Shown: positions 44,090 to 56,520 of the stretch, one piece after another
Layout of the letters: every line of letters begins with the position of its first letter
Numbering within the stretch: the stretch's first letter is position 1
NCBI GenBank assembly: GCA_009914755.4
Contig: CP068257.2
Span: forward strand, 44,992,001 to 45,056,000
DNA: 64,000 nucleotides
From: the human T2T-CHM13v2.0 reference genome, Homo sapiens
Direction of reading: 5' to 3'
Made by a program: the position numbers and the translations under genes
Notes under the pieces: model-generated
The model's database searches: none
Seen by the model: only the letters and a program-made list of their open reading frames with translations
Told to the model about the DNA's origin: nothing

Positions 44090-47000
44090 GTGAGGGCGGG
44101 CGTGCGGGCAGCTGGGGGCCGGAGCTGGGGGGCTTCTGAGCACGGGCTCGGCTGGGCCAACCTCAGGATCTCAAGGGTCGTGCGTGATTCATTTTGATGT
44201 TTTCCCTAATGTGAGGTCTAATTAATTTCTTGTGTGGACATTGGCTCAGTGTCTTGAATTTTCACCTGATTTAAAAAATGCCTTTATGAGAAATTTAAGT
44301 CAAAGTTCATGTAACATTTTCATGAGTGATTTACATGAACTGTGTTCTCCTCGGGGATCTGTAAAAATCCTGTGCCTAACAGGTAAGGCTGTTTCTTTAA
44401 TGCCAGTAGGGCCTTCGTCCCTGGCCAGGGTCTCCTCGCCTTAGACTGGCCCCAGTGATGCTGTGAAGCCACTTGGGCATCTGTAGGGCCAGCATATGCC
44501 TGTCCTGTCAGGGTTGCTCACCCTGAGTTTCACATGTGGGTGGAAGTGGACTGTTTTCTGGTTGCCTGTGAATATGCCCTGCACAAACGCTGTCTGCTTG
44601 GAGGGAAGTTGACGGGAGTGTGGCTGGATGCTGTCTGCCCGGCGCTGTCTTCCTGGGCTCAGCATCCTGGGACACAGGACATTGTAGTGGAGCATCCCAA
44701 CCTGAAACTTTGTCTCAGTGTAGAGACCCAGAAAGATGGGGTCTGGGTGAAGGAGTGTGGAGTATGGCTGCTGCTTTCCAGGAAACGGTTTCCCCTGGTA
44801 ACAGATGGCATTGGGCTTTTAGTCCTGTTGAAATTTTGTTGTCAGAAGATAAATGTAAATAGACTCAATGTCCATGCTGTGACTTGGCTTATTAATAACA
44901 TCTGTGGAGCCATAAGATGACACACAGGAGAAACGGGCTCCACTCCTACCCCCTGAAGGGGCATTTGCCTTTGCCCTGAACAGCAGCGCCCATTCAATAA
45001 GTATCTGTTGACAGCTGGTGCCCCGGCCACGGGGACAAAAAGAGGACAGAGCAGGAGTGAGGCTGTGGTGAGGCCAAGGTTGTGTGGGCGGTGATACGGG
45101 GAAGCCTGGCTGCTGGAGTGTCCGGCTGTGCCCTGGATTGGGTGAGAGGGACACAGGAGGGACGTGGGGCAGAGGGAGGGGAGAGGAGTAGCCACTGTGT
45201 TCACCGTGTTGCCGTGTTCCAGGGCTGCCCAGTGGCCGGATTGGCCAGACTGTGTTGCATCAGGGAGGCAGAGGCCAGATGTAGGGAACTGTGTGTCTGA
45301 GGACTTTGTGCCACGTCCTGGACACCGAAGGGAGTGCCACTGGTGTGTGAGTGATGGAGTAAGAGGTGGGCTGTGTTTTGGAGGCCCCTGGGTATGTGTG
45401 GCCGGGACTGGAGGCCAGGGACTGGCTGTGGTCCAGCCCCAGCATGCAGAGAGGCCTGGGACATTCTGTGTGAGGGGAGGCCCCTCTGTGTGGGAGGTGC
45501 ACAGACTTCCAGGACTGACCATGGCTTTATTGTCAGGATGCAGGAGCCAGGGCTTGGCATGGGGCAGGTGTGGGGATGCAGAGCAGGGCCAGCAGGCAGG
45601 ATGTGCTGATGGGGGCCTGGCGTGAGCAGGACGGTGCCTCCCAGCCCTGAGCCGCAGGGAGTGGGCCACCAGGACTGGCTGGGGGCCGGGGTAGGGAGGG
45701 CCCTGGGGAGGGTGGACATCTGTGTGGGTCTTGAACATAGGATGCCCATCCGATGTGCAGGGCCAGCTATTGGTTGGGCAGTGGGGACATGGCCTGGGGT
45801 CTCGGTGGGCGATGGCCTGGAGGGGCCACCCTGAGCAGGACATTTGGAGGAGTGCTGGGGTGAGTCAGACAGGACCATGTGGTGGTTTTCTCCAGTGCAG
45901 GCAGTGGAGGGGGAAGGCGGAGCTTTGCAGGTGAGGGCTTGAGGCAGTTCCGACTTCAGACTCCCCCGCAGGGAGACTGAGGGACCACCACCATCATTAC
46001 TCAGGCCAAGGAGGCCCAGAACAGGGCAGACGGGGCTGCAAGAGTTCCTATGGCGATAGTTGTTGGGGCACAGGGTTGGTCGGATTTGAGGGAGGGAGGG
46101 TATGAATCTGGGAGTCGTTGGTGCGGTTGTACCCACCTTCACTTTCCGTCCCCAGGCTGCGCCTCTCCTGAGCTGCCGCATTCTCCCCTGCACCTGTGCG
46201 TCTGGCCCTCTTCACGTCCTCCTGGCCTGCTGTCTGCCTCTCCCCTGCACCTGTGCGTCTGTCCCTCTTCATGTCCTCCTTGCCTGCTGTCTGCCTGTTC
46301 TCAGAGCCCCTCAGCCCTCAGGCCTTCATCTCTCCTGGCCCATCTTCCTACTCTGACGCTGACATGTAGTAAAAGTCTGAAGACAGAGAAGAGTGCATGT
46401 GCGTTTAGCATAGGAGGGGCAGCTTTCAGTCAGTGCAGCAAGGGCATGTAGTTGTTCAGAGATGGTGCTGGAACGACTGATTTGGAGAAAAGAGGCCCTT
46501 CTTCACACCATCTGCTAAAATAAACCTCAGATGGGCTCAAGAGTTAAATATTTAAGAAAAGGAGGAAACAAAAAAATTGCTACAAGTTTATTTGTTGTTA
46601 GGATGGGAAAGGTTTTTCTAAGAACCAAGTTCATAATGAAGCTGTCAAATAAAATACTTGACAAAAAATTCCCCTTCATACATTAGCACAGCTAAAAACT
46701 ATTAAATGGTAAATGCAACTAAAGAATTGCAGCTAAAGAATTGTGTGACGTAAAGAGTTGCAATAAGAAAAGCATAAGATAAAGGTAACCTCATGGAAGG
46801 TGAGCAGGGACTAGAAAGGCAGAGAAATGCCAGAGGCCAGGAGCTTGAACGTTGTTCAATGCCACCAACAATTTGAAAGTAACTGTAATAGTTTTGACCT
46901 GGGAAGTTGGCTGAGCAATCCTCTAATATCTGATGCTCCCGATGCTGAGGTTGTGGGGAAGTGTGCACCGCCATGCCCTTTTTTTGGCAGTGTAAATTGG

Positions 47001-49329
47001 TAAAGCCTTTTGAAGGAAAATAGGGCAGAATAAGTCAAAGAGCATTAAAATTTTTTTGTTTTTCCAGAAGCAGCAAAGTTCTGAAGGAGACGCAAGTAAA
47101 GATACCACAGGTGTCCTAGATTGTCAACAGACCATTTAATCATTTTTGTTAACAAAGCAGGTGACAATTGAGCCCTAATTTGCGTTATCATTAGTTGTTA
47201 CAGGATCTTGCTTGTTCTCCTGAGGCCACGCCACGATTTCCGAGAAGCAGGTTGCACACTCAGCAGTCTCCCACTAGCCAGTGGCACTGCAGGTGCAGGG
47301 GCTGCCTCCTGGACCTTTCAGGACGCTTTGCAAGGTCACTGAGGATCTCCATTGCACATTTGGTAGAATTAAAAGACTGCCAGACTCAGTCTTACTGTTG
47401 TTAGTGTATTCGTGCTGTCAATATGTGATGAGGACATATTATATTCCGTTATTCTCTTTAGCTCAAGGAAGAATAAAGAATTTGGACCAAAATTACAACC
47501 ACATTATGACGAATTTTCTAAGCAAAAGAAACAAAGTAACTGCTGAGGTTAACAAAGATGTAATAATTCTCTTCACACAGCCTTGTACTGTTTTATTGAC
47601 TGTATTATCACAAATCCTGAGCTTAACGAAAGTCTTTATAAGTCAGCTCATGAAAACAGGCACGTGGCCAGTAAGAATTTAATTTCATACCAATAACACT
47701 TCAGACTTCGGATGTATTTAAGGCTGTTTGCACATATTTATAGAATGCGTGGTGTAGATGATGGGACAGCTCCCCCTCAGCAAGACTCTGGCCTAAATGT
47801 ATTTGCTTTATTTACACAACAAGAGGATAAGCGTAAACACGGGCACTTTCAGTTTGTGGCACTGAAGGACGATCTACACAGGGCACCCTGCAGAGGCCAC
47901 AACCAAGGCCGCCTGGCTTCCCAGTGGGACAGGCCTAAGGGAGGACTTCTGGCCCCTTTGCTTGATGTTCATGTTTTATGCCTTGATATTTCTTTTTGGT
48001 TGCATTCCCTGGAGCTCATGTAGATCATTTTACTTTTCAGAGGTGCTAGTTCTGGTGCCCACACGCACACACACAAAACCATCAACTCTTCTGGATTCCT
48101 TGGTTTTAAAGCTTGCCTCATACAAAGTACAGAGACATCTTTTTCAGGAAACATTGCCACCACATGCTTGAAGGACCGCTTATGGCTACACTTAGACATC
48201 TCCAACCAAGGTCTCTTCACCTCCTTCTACAACAATGCACTTTGTCTGCACTGGGACAAAAAATGACAGCCTTTTTTCTTTTCTTGTTTTTTTTTTTTTT
48301 TGGCGTGGAGCATTTCCGAACTTTCACGTCATAAAAAATGCAGCATAGTTAATCAGCAGCTTGCACTTCTGAGGGCACATTCACCTCGGGGGAGGAGGAA
48401 GGAGGAGGAGCTGGTGGGTGCTGAGACTGCAGTGTCCTCCTTCCCAGCAGCTGGACCCAGAGACCAGGCACCAAATTTTTTTGATGAAATTATCCTAAGG
48501 AAATAATCAAATTTGTACAGAAATTTATGTTAAAAAATGTTCATGGCAGCACCGTTTAAAATGGGGAGAAAATTGGAAACAACAGAATTGTAGCAATACA
48601 TATGATCATTAAAAATTATGTTTTAGAAAGATTTTTAACAGTCTTTGGAAAAAGTTGGTGACATGTTGCTAGTTTTTAAAAAAAGTACAGAGTATGTACA
48701 GTATGATTCCAATTTTGTGTTTAAAAATTAGACATAGTGGTAACCTAGCTTCAGTTCCAGATAAGATGGAGAAGGCATACTCCTTTCATGTCTCCCACTG
48801 AATGCAGCTATAAATCCTGGAGAGTAGACAGGGAGAAACTATTTGAGGACTCTGGAACAAAGACATAGTAGCAATCGACTGGTGAAGAAGACAAGAATTT
48901 GAAGTACGGTCAAGTATCTGTGGGCTCCACATCTGTAGATACAACCTACATGTATTGAAAATATCAGAAAATAAAAATAACAATACAACAATAAACATCA
49001 ATACAAATAACACACCAATACAGTATAGCAGCTACTTACATAACACTGACATTGTATTAGGTAGAAGTAATCTAGAGATGATTTAAAGTCTGTCGGAGGA
49101 TGTGTGTAGCCTGTATGTAAAAACCACGTTATTTTATATGGGGGACTTTAGCATCCAAGGATTTGAATATCCACGGGGGTCCTGGAACAAGTTCCCCATA
49201 GACACCAAGAAACAACTGTATTCCTGAAACAGTCTTGAGTTATCATTTTCTTTCTTCTCCCTCTATGTATGTACATAGAGTGTACATACATAGAGTGAGA
49301 AGCAAAGAAGGTCCATGAAATGGACCAAT

Positions 49330-52255
49330 TCTTTTGAAAACTGCAAATTACCACAGTTCATCTAACATGAAATAGATAACCTGAATGGTCCAATAACTAG
49401 TAAAGATATTGAATTAATAGTTTAAAAACCTTCTGAAAGGTAAATCTCTACCCTAAATGATTTCACTGGTGAATTCTATCAACACATTTAATGAAGAAAA
49501 AACTCCAGTTCTAAACAACTTTCAGAAAAGAAGAGGGAACACTTCCTCACTCATTATATGAGGTAAGCATTGCCCTAATACCAAAACCAATGTTAACACA
49601 AAATATGAAACCTACAGACCAATAACCCTCATGAACATAAATGTAAAAATCCTCAAGAAAACATTAGCAAATTTAAACCAGCAGGATATAAAAGGAATAA
49701 TAATACACCATAACAAAAAAAGAAACTATCCTTGGAATGCAAGGCTGGTTCAATATTTGAAAATCAATCAGTGTAATCTACCATATTAACAGTCTGAAGA
49801 AGAAAAATCATGATTATATCAATACAGAAAAAAATTGACAAAATTCAACATCAGTTCATGATAAAATTCTCAGCAAACTAGAAAGGGAAGGAAATTTAAC
49901 ATGACATAGGACATCTACAAAAAAACCTACAGAAAATCCTAAGGAGTCTATGAGAAAATTTCCTAAAACTAGTGAGTGAGTTTAACAAGATCACAGAGTG
50001 CAAGGTCATCATACAGAAGTCATTTTTATATCTTAGCAATGTACAATTAGAAATTAAAGAATATCACAGTAGCTTCAAAAATATGAAAGGCTTAGAAATC
50101 TAACAAAATGTGATCTGGATGCTGAAAATGATGAGATGGTAATGAAAGAAACCCCAGAAAACCTAAATAAATGGAGAGATAAGAAGGCTCAACCTAGTAA
50201 AGACGTATGTTCTTTTTAAATTGATCTGTAGACTTAATAAAATTCCAATTAGAATCCAAGCAGGATTTGTTCTTATAGATAAGCTCATTATGAAATGTAT
50301 ATGGAATGTAAAGGAACTAGTGCTATGGTTTGTCCCCACCAAATCTCATGTTGAAATTTGATCCTCAGTGTGGTGGTGTTGGGAGGTGGGGCCTAGTGGG
50401 AGGTGTTTGGGTCATGGGTGTGGATCCCTCATGAATAGATGAATGCCCTTCCTCGTGGGTAGATAAGTGAGTTCTAGCTCTTTCAGGTCCCAACAAGAGC
50501 TGGTTGTGAAAAAGAGCCTGGCACGCCCACTTGCCTCTGCTCCCACCCTGTGGTCTCTGCACGTGCCAGCTCCCCTTTGCTTTCCACCGTGAGGGGAAAT
50601 AGCCTGAAGCCCTCACTGGATGCCCAATCCTGAACTTTCCCAACCAGCAGAACCATGAGCCAAATAAACCTCATTTCTTTATAAATTACCCAGCCTCAGA
50701 TATTCCTTTTTGGCAACACAAAAATGGACTAAGAGAACTAGAGTAGCTGATAGAATTTTTTAAAAGAAGGGTAAAGTTGGAGGAACTATACTACTTGATT
50801 TTGAAGCTACAGTAATCAGGACAATGTGGTGAAGGGACAGACACGTAAGTCAATGGAATGGAGACGAGAGATTTCTACAAATATGGTCAATGGGTTTTTT
50901 TTAACAAAGGTACAAAAATCAATTTAATGGAGAAAAGACAGTCTTTTCAGCAAATGTTACTGGAATAGTTGTCATCCATATCTAAAAAACAACACCTCAA
51001 CCTCACATCTCATACACAGCTGAACTTAAAATTGATCATAGATCTAAGTGTGTGAAATGTAAAACTATAAACCTCCTTGAAAAAATCATAGAAAATCTTC
51101 ATCACCTGGACTTGGGCAAAGACTTTTTACTCTAAAAGCGTGATCCATAGCAGAAAATGTTGATAAATTGAATTTCATCAAAACTAAAAATGACTGCTCT
51201 GCAAAAGGATGATGCTAAGAGAATAAAAAAGACAAGCTAAGATTAGGAGAAAATATTGCAAAGAACATATCCAGTGTGTGTTCTGAATATACAGAGAAAT
51301 CTCAAAACTCAACAGGAAGAAAACAAGCCAATTGAAAATGGGCAAAATACTTGAACAGACACTTTACCAAAGTGGATATACAGATATCAAATACACACAT
51401 GAAAAGATGTTCAGCATAGCCATCAGGGAAATGCACATTAAAGCCACAGTGAGATATCACTTACACCCATTGAAAAATGACTACAATAAAAAAAAAATCT
51501 GATAGTAATACCAACTGTCATCGAGGATGAGGAACAGCTGAAAGTCATGCATTGCTGGAGGGAACATGCCACTGTGGAAACAGGTGGGTGCTTTCTTATA
51601 GACTTGTATGTGCACTCACCTTATGCCCAGGAGTCCCTCTCCTGTGTGTTCAACCCAGAGATATGCAAGCTGTGTTCACACAAAAACCTGTATGTGAATG
51701 ATTATACTAGCTCTCTTTATAATTGCAAAAAAAAAAAAAAACAAAACCTGGAAACAACCCAAGTGTCCTTCATCTGGATAATCCTTAAGGATAAACTGGT
51801 GCGTCCACACAGTGGAATACCACTGAGCAGTGAAGAGGAGCCAGTTATTGAAACAGGTAATTTGGAGGAACCCCAGAAACGGTACAGTGAGTGAAAGAAA
51901 CTTGTCTTGAAAGGTTATGTACTGTTTGGTTCCATTTGTATGATATTCTCAAAAAGACACAAGACCATGGGGATGGAGACCAGATCGGTGGCTGGAGAGG
52001 CTGGGGTCGGGGAGGGCATGACCACCAGAGAAAAGGGTGAAGAGTGTTTTGGGTGGCAGAGCTGTGTGTATGCTGGCTGTGGTTGTGAGGACAAAATCCA
52101 CACAAGCGCTCAAGTTCGTAGGCTGTACGCCAGAAAAGCTGTTTCACTACATAACTGAAAAAATAAGATTGAAAAATAAGATGTATATATTTTTTGTGTG
52201 CGTGTGTAGAAAAATACTTGAAGGTAAACTGCAGAGTGATAACAGTGGTTTCTTC
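49330..52255 (+). mobile_element. Ancient L1 (L1M-like, sense; ORF2 through 3'UTR) in PRMT2 intron 6, split by an MST LTR insertion at 50321-50735.
   Basis: Translation is ORF2-like in sense orientation (...PITLMNINVKILKKTLANLNQQDIKGIIIHHNKKRNYPWNARLVQYLKINQ...). The plus-strand ORF at 51547-51894 is the ORF2 C-terminal region (...NPEICKLCSHKNLYVNDYTSSLYN...). Confidence 0.65.
50321..50735 (+). mobile_element. MST-family (ERVL-MaLR) solo LTR inserted into the L1M.
   Basis: It runs from tgctatggtttgtccccaccaaatctcatgttgaaatttgatcctcagtgtggtggtgttgggaggtggggcctagtgggaggtgtttgggtcatgggtgtggatccctcatgaatag to ccatgagccaaataaacctcatttctttataaattacccagcctcagatattcctttttggcaacacaaaaatggactaag. Confidence 0.8.
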
Positions 52256-53095
52256 TAGGTACTGGGTTAATATGTGATTTTTATGTTTGTTTGAGCTTTT
52301 CTAAGTTTTCTACATTTTCCGTACAAAACATGTATTACTTCTGTAATAAAAGCAGCTTGAGATTATTTAAGGAAGCAAAACACTTCTGTTGTTTCTCATC
52401 AACTACAGGATGAAGTGCAGGCTCCCTGGGTGGTTTGCAGGGGCCACAGGCCTTGGCCCCACCTCGCTGGTGCTCCCTCTACTCCTTTCTGTGTTTGAAG
52501 CAAGTTCTGGTTCAGACAGAAAGCCTGGCCTTTGAGGGCGTTGGGTCCCCACTTCCTCAGTCATAGATGTGATGTGCTTCCCTTGACTTGGGACCTTCTG
52601 AGGGATGCAAGGTGGACCAAAGGACCCGTGAATGGCCAGGGCATGCCTGCGTGGCTTTCGGTTTCTTAAGCAGTGATTTCAGTCCACTTAAAGGGTGTGA
52701 AAATTCTGAGAATGCTACGGACCAAATATATTTTATGTAACAGTTGGGACCCGGCAACACTTCAGGGCTCTTTCAAAATCTGGTAGCTACGAGCTCTTCC
52801 GTGACTGAGATGGGACAAGAGTGAAGATTTGTCCTTGCTTTTAGCTCTGCTCCAGTTCATAGTTCTAATGGGAAATTATGTGACTTAAACCCAGGCTGTG
52901 AGATGCATCAGTGACGTGTGGGCATAAAATAAACCCTCGAGATGTTCTCTTGCATGGTACACTGGCCTAGGCAGGAATATTCTTGAGGCTAAAACTGTAG
53001 AACTGTCAGACTAGTGTTACGAATGTGGTGGTGAGAGGCCTGTGCAGCCGCGGGGCCTGTGATGTGTCTCCTGTGTGTCTTTCACTCCTATGCAG

Positions 53096-53271
53096 TTTGA
53101 GTTCATGATCGAGTCCATCCTGTATGCCCGGGATGCCTGGCTGAAGGAGGACGGGGTCATTTGGCCCACCATGGCTGCGTTGCACCTTGTGCCCTGCAGT
53201 GCTGATAAGGATTATCGTAGCAAGGTGCTCTTCTGGGACAACGCGTACGAGTTCAACCTCAGCGCTCTGAA
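53096..53271 (+). CDS. PRMT2: PRMT2 coding exon 7 (FEFMIESILYARDAWLKEDGVIWPTMAALHLVPCSADKDYRSKVLFWDNAYEFNLSAL plus aa of a split Lys codon).
   Basis: Acceptor ctatgcag|ttt and donor ctgaa|gtaagt. The exon is 176 nt and ends in phase 2. Confidence 0.93.
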
Positions 53272-55183
53272 GTAAGTGTCCACAGCTGGGACTGGCACCG
53301 TCTTGTGGGGCCTCCTGGTCCACAGTCTGCAGGTGGGCCAAGGCCCTGGGAGATCCCATACGACGGTTGGATAAATGAGGGTACCTGTGCACCCAGATAG
53401 GACAATCTGTTGTAGCATTGGAGTAATTAAAGCAGTATGGTGCTATAACAAGACAGATGGGCAGAGCAGGGTAGAATGCAAGGAACAAAAATTTTCGTAT
53501 GTGAAAAAGGTGGCATTACGATTAGGAGGGAGTGAGGGCCAAGTCAGCAAATTATTCTGGAGCAGTTGATTAGCCCTTGTTCTCTCACGCCATACGTGAA
53601 AACTTAATTCTGCATGGAATCAGCGTCAGCGACAGACATCCATGGGGGCCTGTGTGCACCATCTTAGGTGGAGAAATGAGCAGCAACAATGGATGGAATG
53701 GACCCTGGGCTAGATAGAATCTGGCAGTCTATGTGGCAGAAATCAGCAAAAACACGATTGTAAAAGCAAACAAGTAATTAGAGAAATCACGTGCTGTCAG
53801 GTCTTGGAATCAATTAGAAAGAGATGACTAGCCAGATGGAATTGCAGCCCAATCATGTGAACAGGCAAACCGCAAAAAATAAATAAAATTACCAATAAAT
53901 ACATGAAAAATTATAATGTTGTTAGTAGTTAAAATGCGAATTAAAATACATGCTGTTTTCCCTACCAGACAAGCAAAGAGTAAATTAAAATAGTAGCCCA
54001 GGCTTGCCTGGCAGTGGCAGGGAGGTGTGGCTGCCAGGGCCTTAGAGGTTGGCATCAGGCTGCCCACCCCAGTCACTGCCAGAGCCTCCCACCTGAGTGT
54101 TCCTCCCGGCACTGGAAGCCAGTGGCCGTCCAGAGGAACGTGATTGAATTGCTGTATATCCATCTGGTGGAGCACTGCTGTGTGTCTGTTAAAAAAGAAA
54201 CCATAGGTTTTTAGGGATATGTAATGATATTTAGAAAGGGTTTAAGAGACAGTAAAGCTTGGCAGAATAAACCGTGTATACAGAATGGATGTTTGCTTGC
54301 ATAAATAAATTTATATAAATATGTCTGGGGGATAAAAATAAGTATATCACAATGCTAAGACAGGCATATGGGGAATTTAAGCTTTTCTTTATACTTGTCC
54401 ATAGTTTCCAATTTTTAAATTTGTAATTTTTTATCAGAAAAATAAATGTGTAAATATAGTGGAATCTTTATTAAAACATTCACTTTTATTTGCTATTTCA
54501 GAAGTTACTGCTTTGCTTATTTTTTACAACATTTCTGTGGTAAATAATCGGTGACTTACAAGCCTAGTGCAGCCAGTGATGGGGGTTGGCAAACGGTGAC
54601 ATGCAGGGGCCATGCGGCGTCTAGTGTCTGTTTCTGTGTTGAATTTGTGTAGCAACAGAGCAAGTATTTCTCCTGAAACTCAGACTCACTCAGGCCACCT
54701 CAGCCCTTCTAGTTCCTTTCGTTTATTATAGAGTAACCTACAGCAGGAATACCGCGTTCATTTACTGTTAATAGAAGATCCACAAAAGATTTTGAAATCA
54801 AATACATTCTAAAACTAGGCAAGACACGCTGCAACTCCCCTTGTCCTCTGGGTTATGAGGGGTGAGCGTTGGTTTCCGTGTGCTCAGATCCCATGAATGA
54901 GACCTCACAGGGAAGCGCCCAGTGACTGGCAGGCTCCTTAATGCCTCCAGGTCAGGCTCAGGAAGTCTCTGGATGCCTGGGTAGAGTCTGGGTCTTCTCA
55001 GAGCGGGAGGCACCCAGGGCCTGTGGAGGCCTGAGGGCTGCTCTGGGGTTCCAGGGCCCCAGATAGTGGCTTAGCATCCTGGTGACACAGAAGGGAGAGC
55101 ACTCACCGCGGTCCCACGTGTGTGTTTTGAAGCCTAAGATGTTTGCAATGACTCTCAACAGTCGCTTTGACCTTTTCCCCTAG

Positions 55184-55313
55184 ATCTTTAGCAGTTAAGG
55201 AGTTTTTTTCAAAGCCCAAGTATAACCACATTTTGAAACCAGAAGACTGTCTCTCTGAACCGTGCACTATATTGCAGTTGGACATGAGAACCGTGCAAAT
55301 TTCTGATCTAGAG
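55184..55313 (+). CDS. PRMT2: PRMT2 coding exon 8 (K-SLAVKEFFSKPKYNHILKPEDCLSEPCTILQLDMRTVQISDLE).
   Basis: Acceptor ttttcccctag|a and donor ctagag|gtgaga. The exon is 130 nt and completes the split Lys codon. Confidence 0.93.
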
Positions 55314-55689
55314 GTGAGAAAAAGATGAATTGCTCCTTACATTCGATAATCAGTGACCACGAAACACTCAGACCAGAGCCTGGCTTATCAAAAACCTTCA
55401 GTGAGTGCTGGGGGTGTGAGTGAATAACTAATTATTTTATTATGCAAATAAGTGAATTTATAAAACGTTTGCTACTGATTTTTTCCAGTCTTTTTTCTTT
55501 TTTACGTTCTATTTTGATTCTTTCATATTGTACACCATTTTATGTCTCCAGCGTCTTCATTTTAGATTTATGTTTAATATTCTCAGCATCTTCAAAATCA
55601 AATAAATTATATTTCGTTTCATTATGGTATTTGCATTACAGTTTTTTTCAAGTATTTTAAGCCACTCTTCATGACAGAATCGTTAGAAT

Positions 55690-56520
55690 TCCCTCCGTGA
55701 ATCCCTGTCTGTGGCCGCGCGGTGGCGCTCGTGGGCTCTGGGCGGTTTCCCCGCGCCCCCGCCCTGCCTGGCGCCCCAGCTGGCGCCGCGTCTGGAGATG
55801 GGGCGGGCGCGGTGGCGCCGGCGCGCTTTGGTTTTTAGTTCGTTCTGCTGTGGAAAGGCCCAGCCTGGAGCTCTCCAACTCCTTAACTGGAAGAGCTGAG
55901 CGCCGAAAAGATTCCGCAGGAATCTGGGGTAGAAAATTGGGCGCAAGAAGCTCAGATGCTTGAAACGTTTCTGACTGAAGCCTCTGAACTCACGATGCGG
56001 GTTTTGGGGGTGGTTTCCCCAGGCTGGGGGGCTTTTCTACGGTTCCTGACGCATTCAGCGTCTGCGCGGGGCGCGTGGAGGGGGCCGCCCCAACCCGGGC
56101 CCTGCGGTGCCACGCGGTGCCCACGCGTGCCTTGTCATCTGCTTGACCCAGACCCTGAGGGGCGAGCTGCGCTTCGACATCAGGAAGGCGGGGACCCTGC
56201 ACGGCTTCACGGCCTGGTTTAGCGTCCACTTCCAGAGCCTGCAGGAGGGGCAGCCGCCGCAGGTGCTCAGCACCGGGCCCTTCCACCCGTGAGTGTGCGG
56301 GGCGCGGGCACGGGGTGCGGGGTGGGGGGCAGGGGAGTAGGCGGGGTGCGGGGATGGGGCGCGCAGGAGGGGGTGGGGCGCGCAGGAGGGGGTGGGACGC
56401 GGCGTGGCGGTCGTGGGGGGGTGGGGCACGTGGGGGCGCGGGCAGTGGGGTGGGGGCGGCGCGCATGGGGGCACGGGTGGTGTAGACACCGCAGCCTGTG
56501 TGCCCCCTTCCGGGTCTCGC
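55690..56520. promoter_or_regulatory. Intragenic CpG island spanning the end of intron 8, exon 9 and the start of intron 9, and containing GC boxes (ggggcgggcgcgg).
   Basis: Very high CpG density (gccgcgcggtggcgctcg..., ggcgccgcgtctggagatggggcgggcgcggtggcgccggcgcgc). It is not repeat-derived. GC-artefact ORFs run through it on both strands. Confidence 0.7.
56152..56288 (+). CDS. PRMT2: PRMT2 coding exon 9 (TLRGELRFDIRKAGTLHGFTAWFSVHFQSLQEGQPPQVLSTGPFH plus cc of a split Pro codon).
   Basis: Acceptor cttgacccag|acc and donor ccaccc|gtgagtg. The exon is 137 nt and lies inside an intragenic CpG island. Confidence 0.93.

Noticed and set aside
44842-46451. 330-333-aa minus-strand ORFs (44842-45843 and 45201-46193) and plus-strand ORFs in intron 6.
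   Set aside because: They are Pro/Gly/Ala-rich low-complexity translations of a GC-rich intronic stretch that contains a tandem repeat. They overlap each other in different frames. I could find no splice-compatible structure or recognisable protein family.
48880-49200. Distinct interspersed-repeat-looking segment (…gggggactttagcatccaaggatttgaatatccacgggggtcctggaacaagttccccatagacaccaagaaacaactgtattc…).
   Set aside because: I recognise it as a common dispersed repeat but cannot assign a family confidently from memory, so it is not reported as a feature. RepeatMasker would resolve it.
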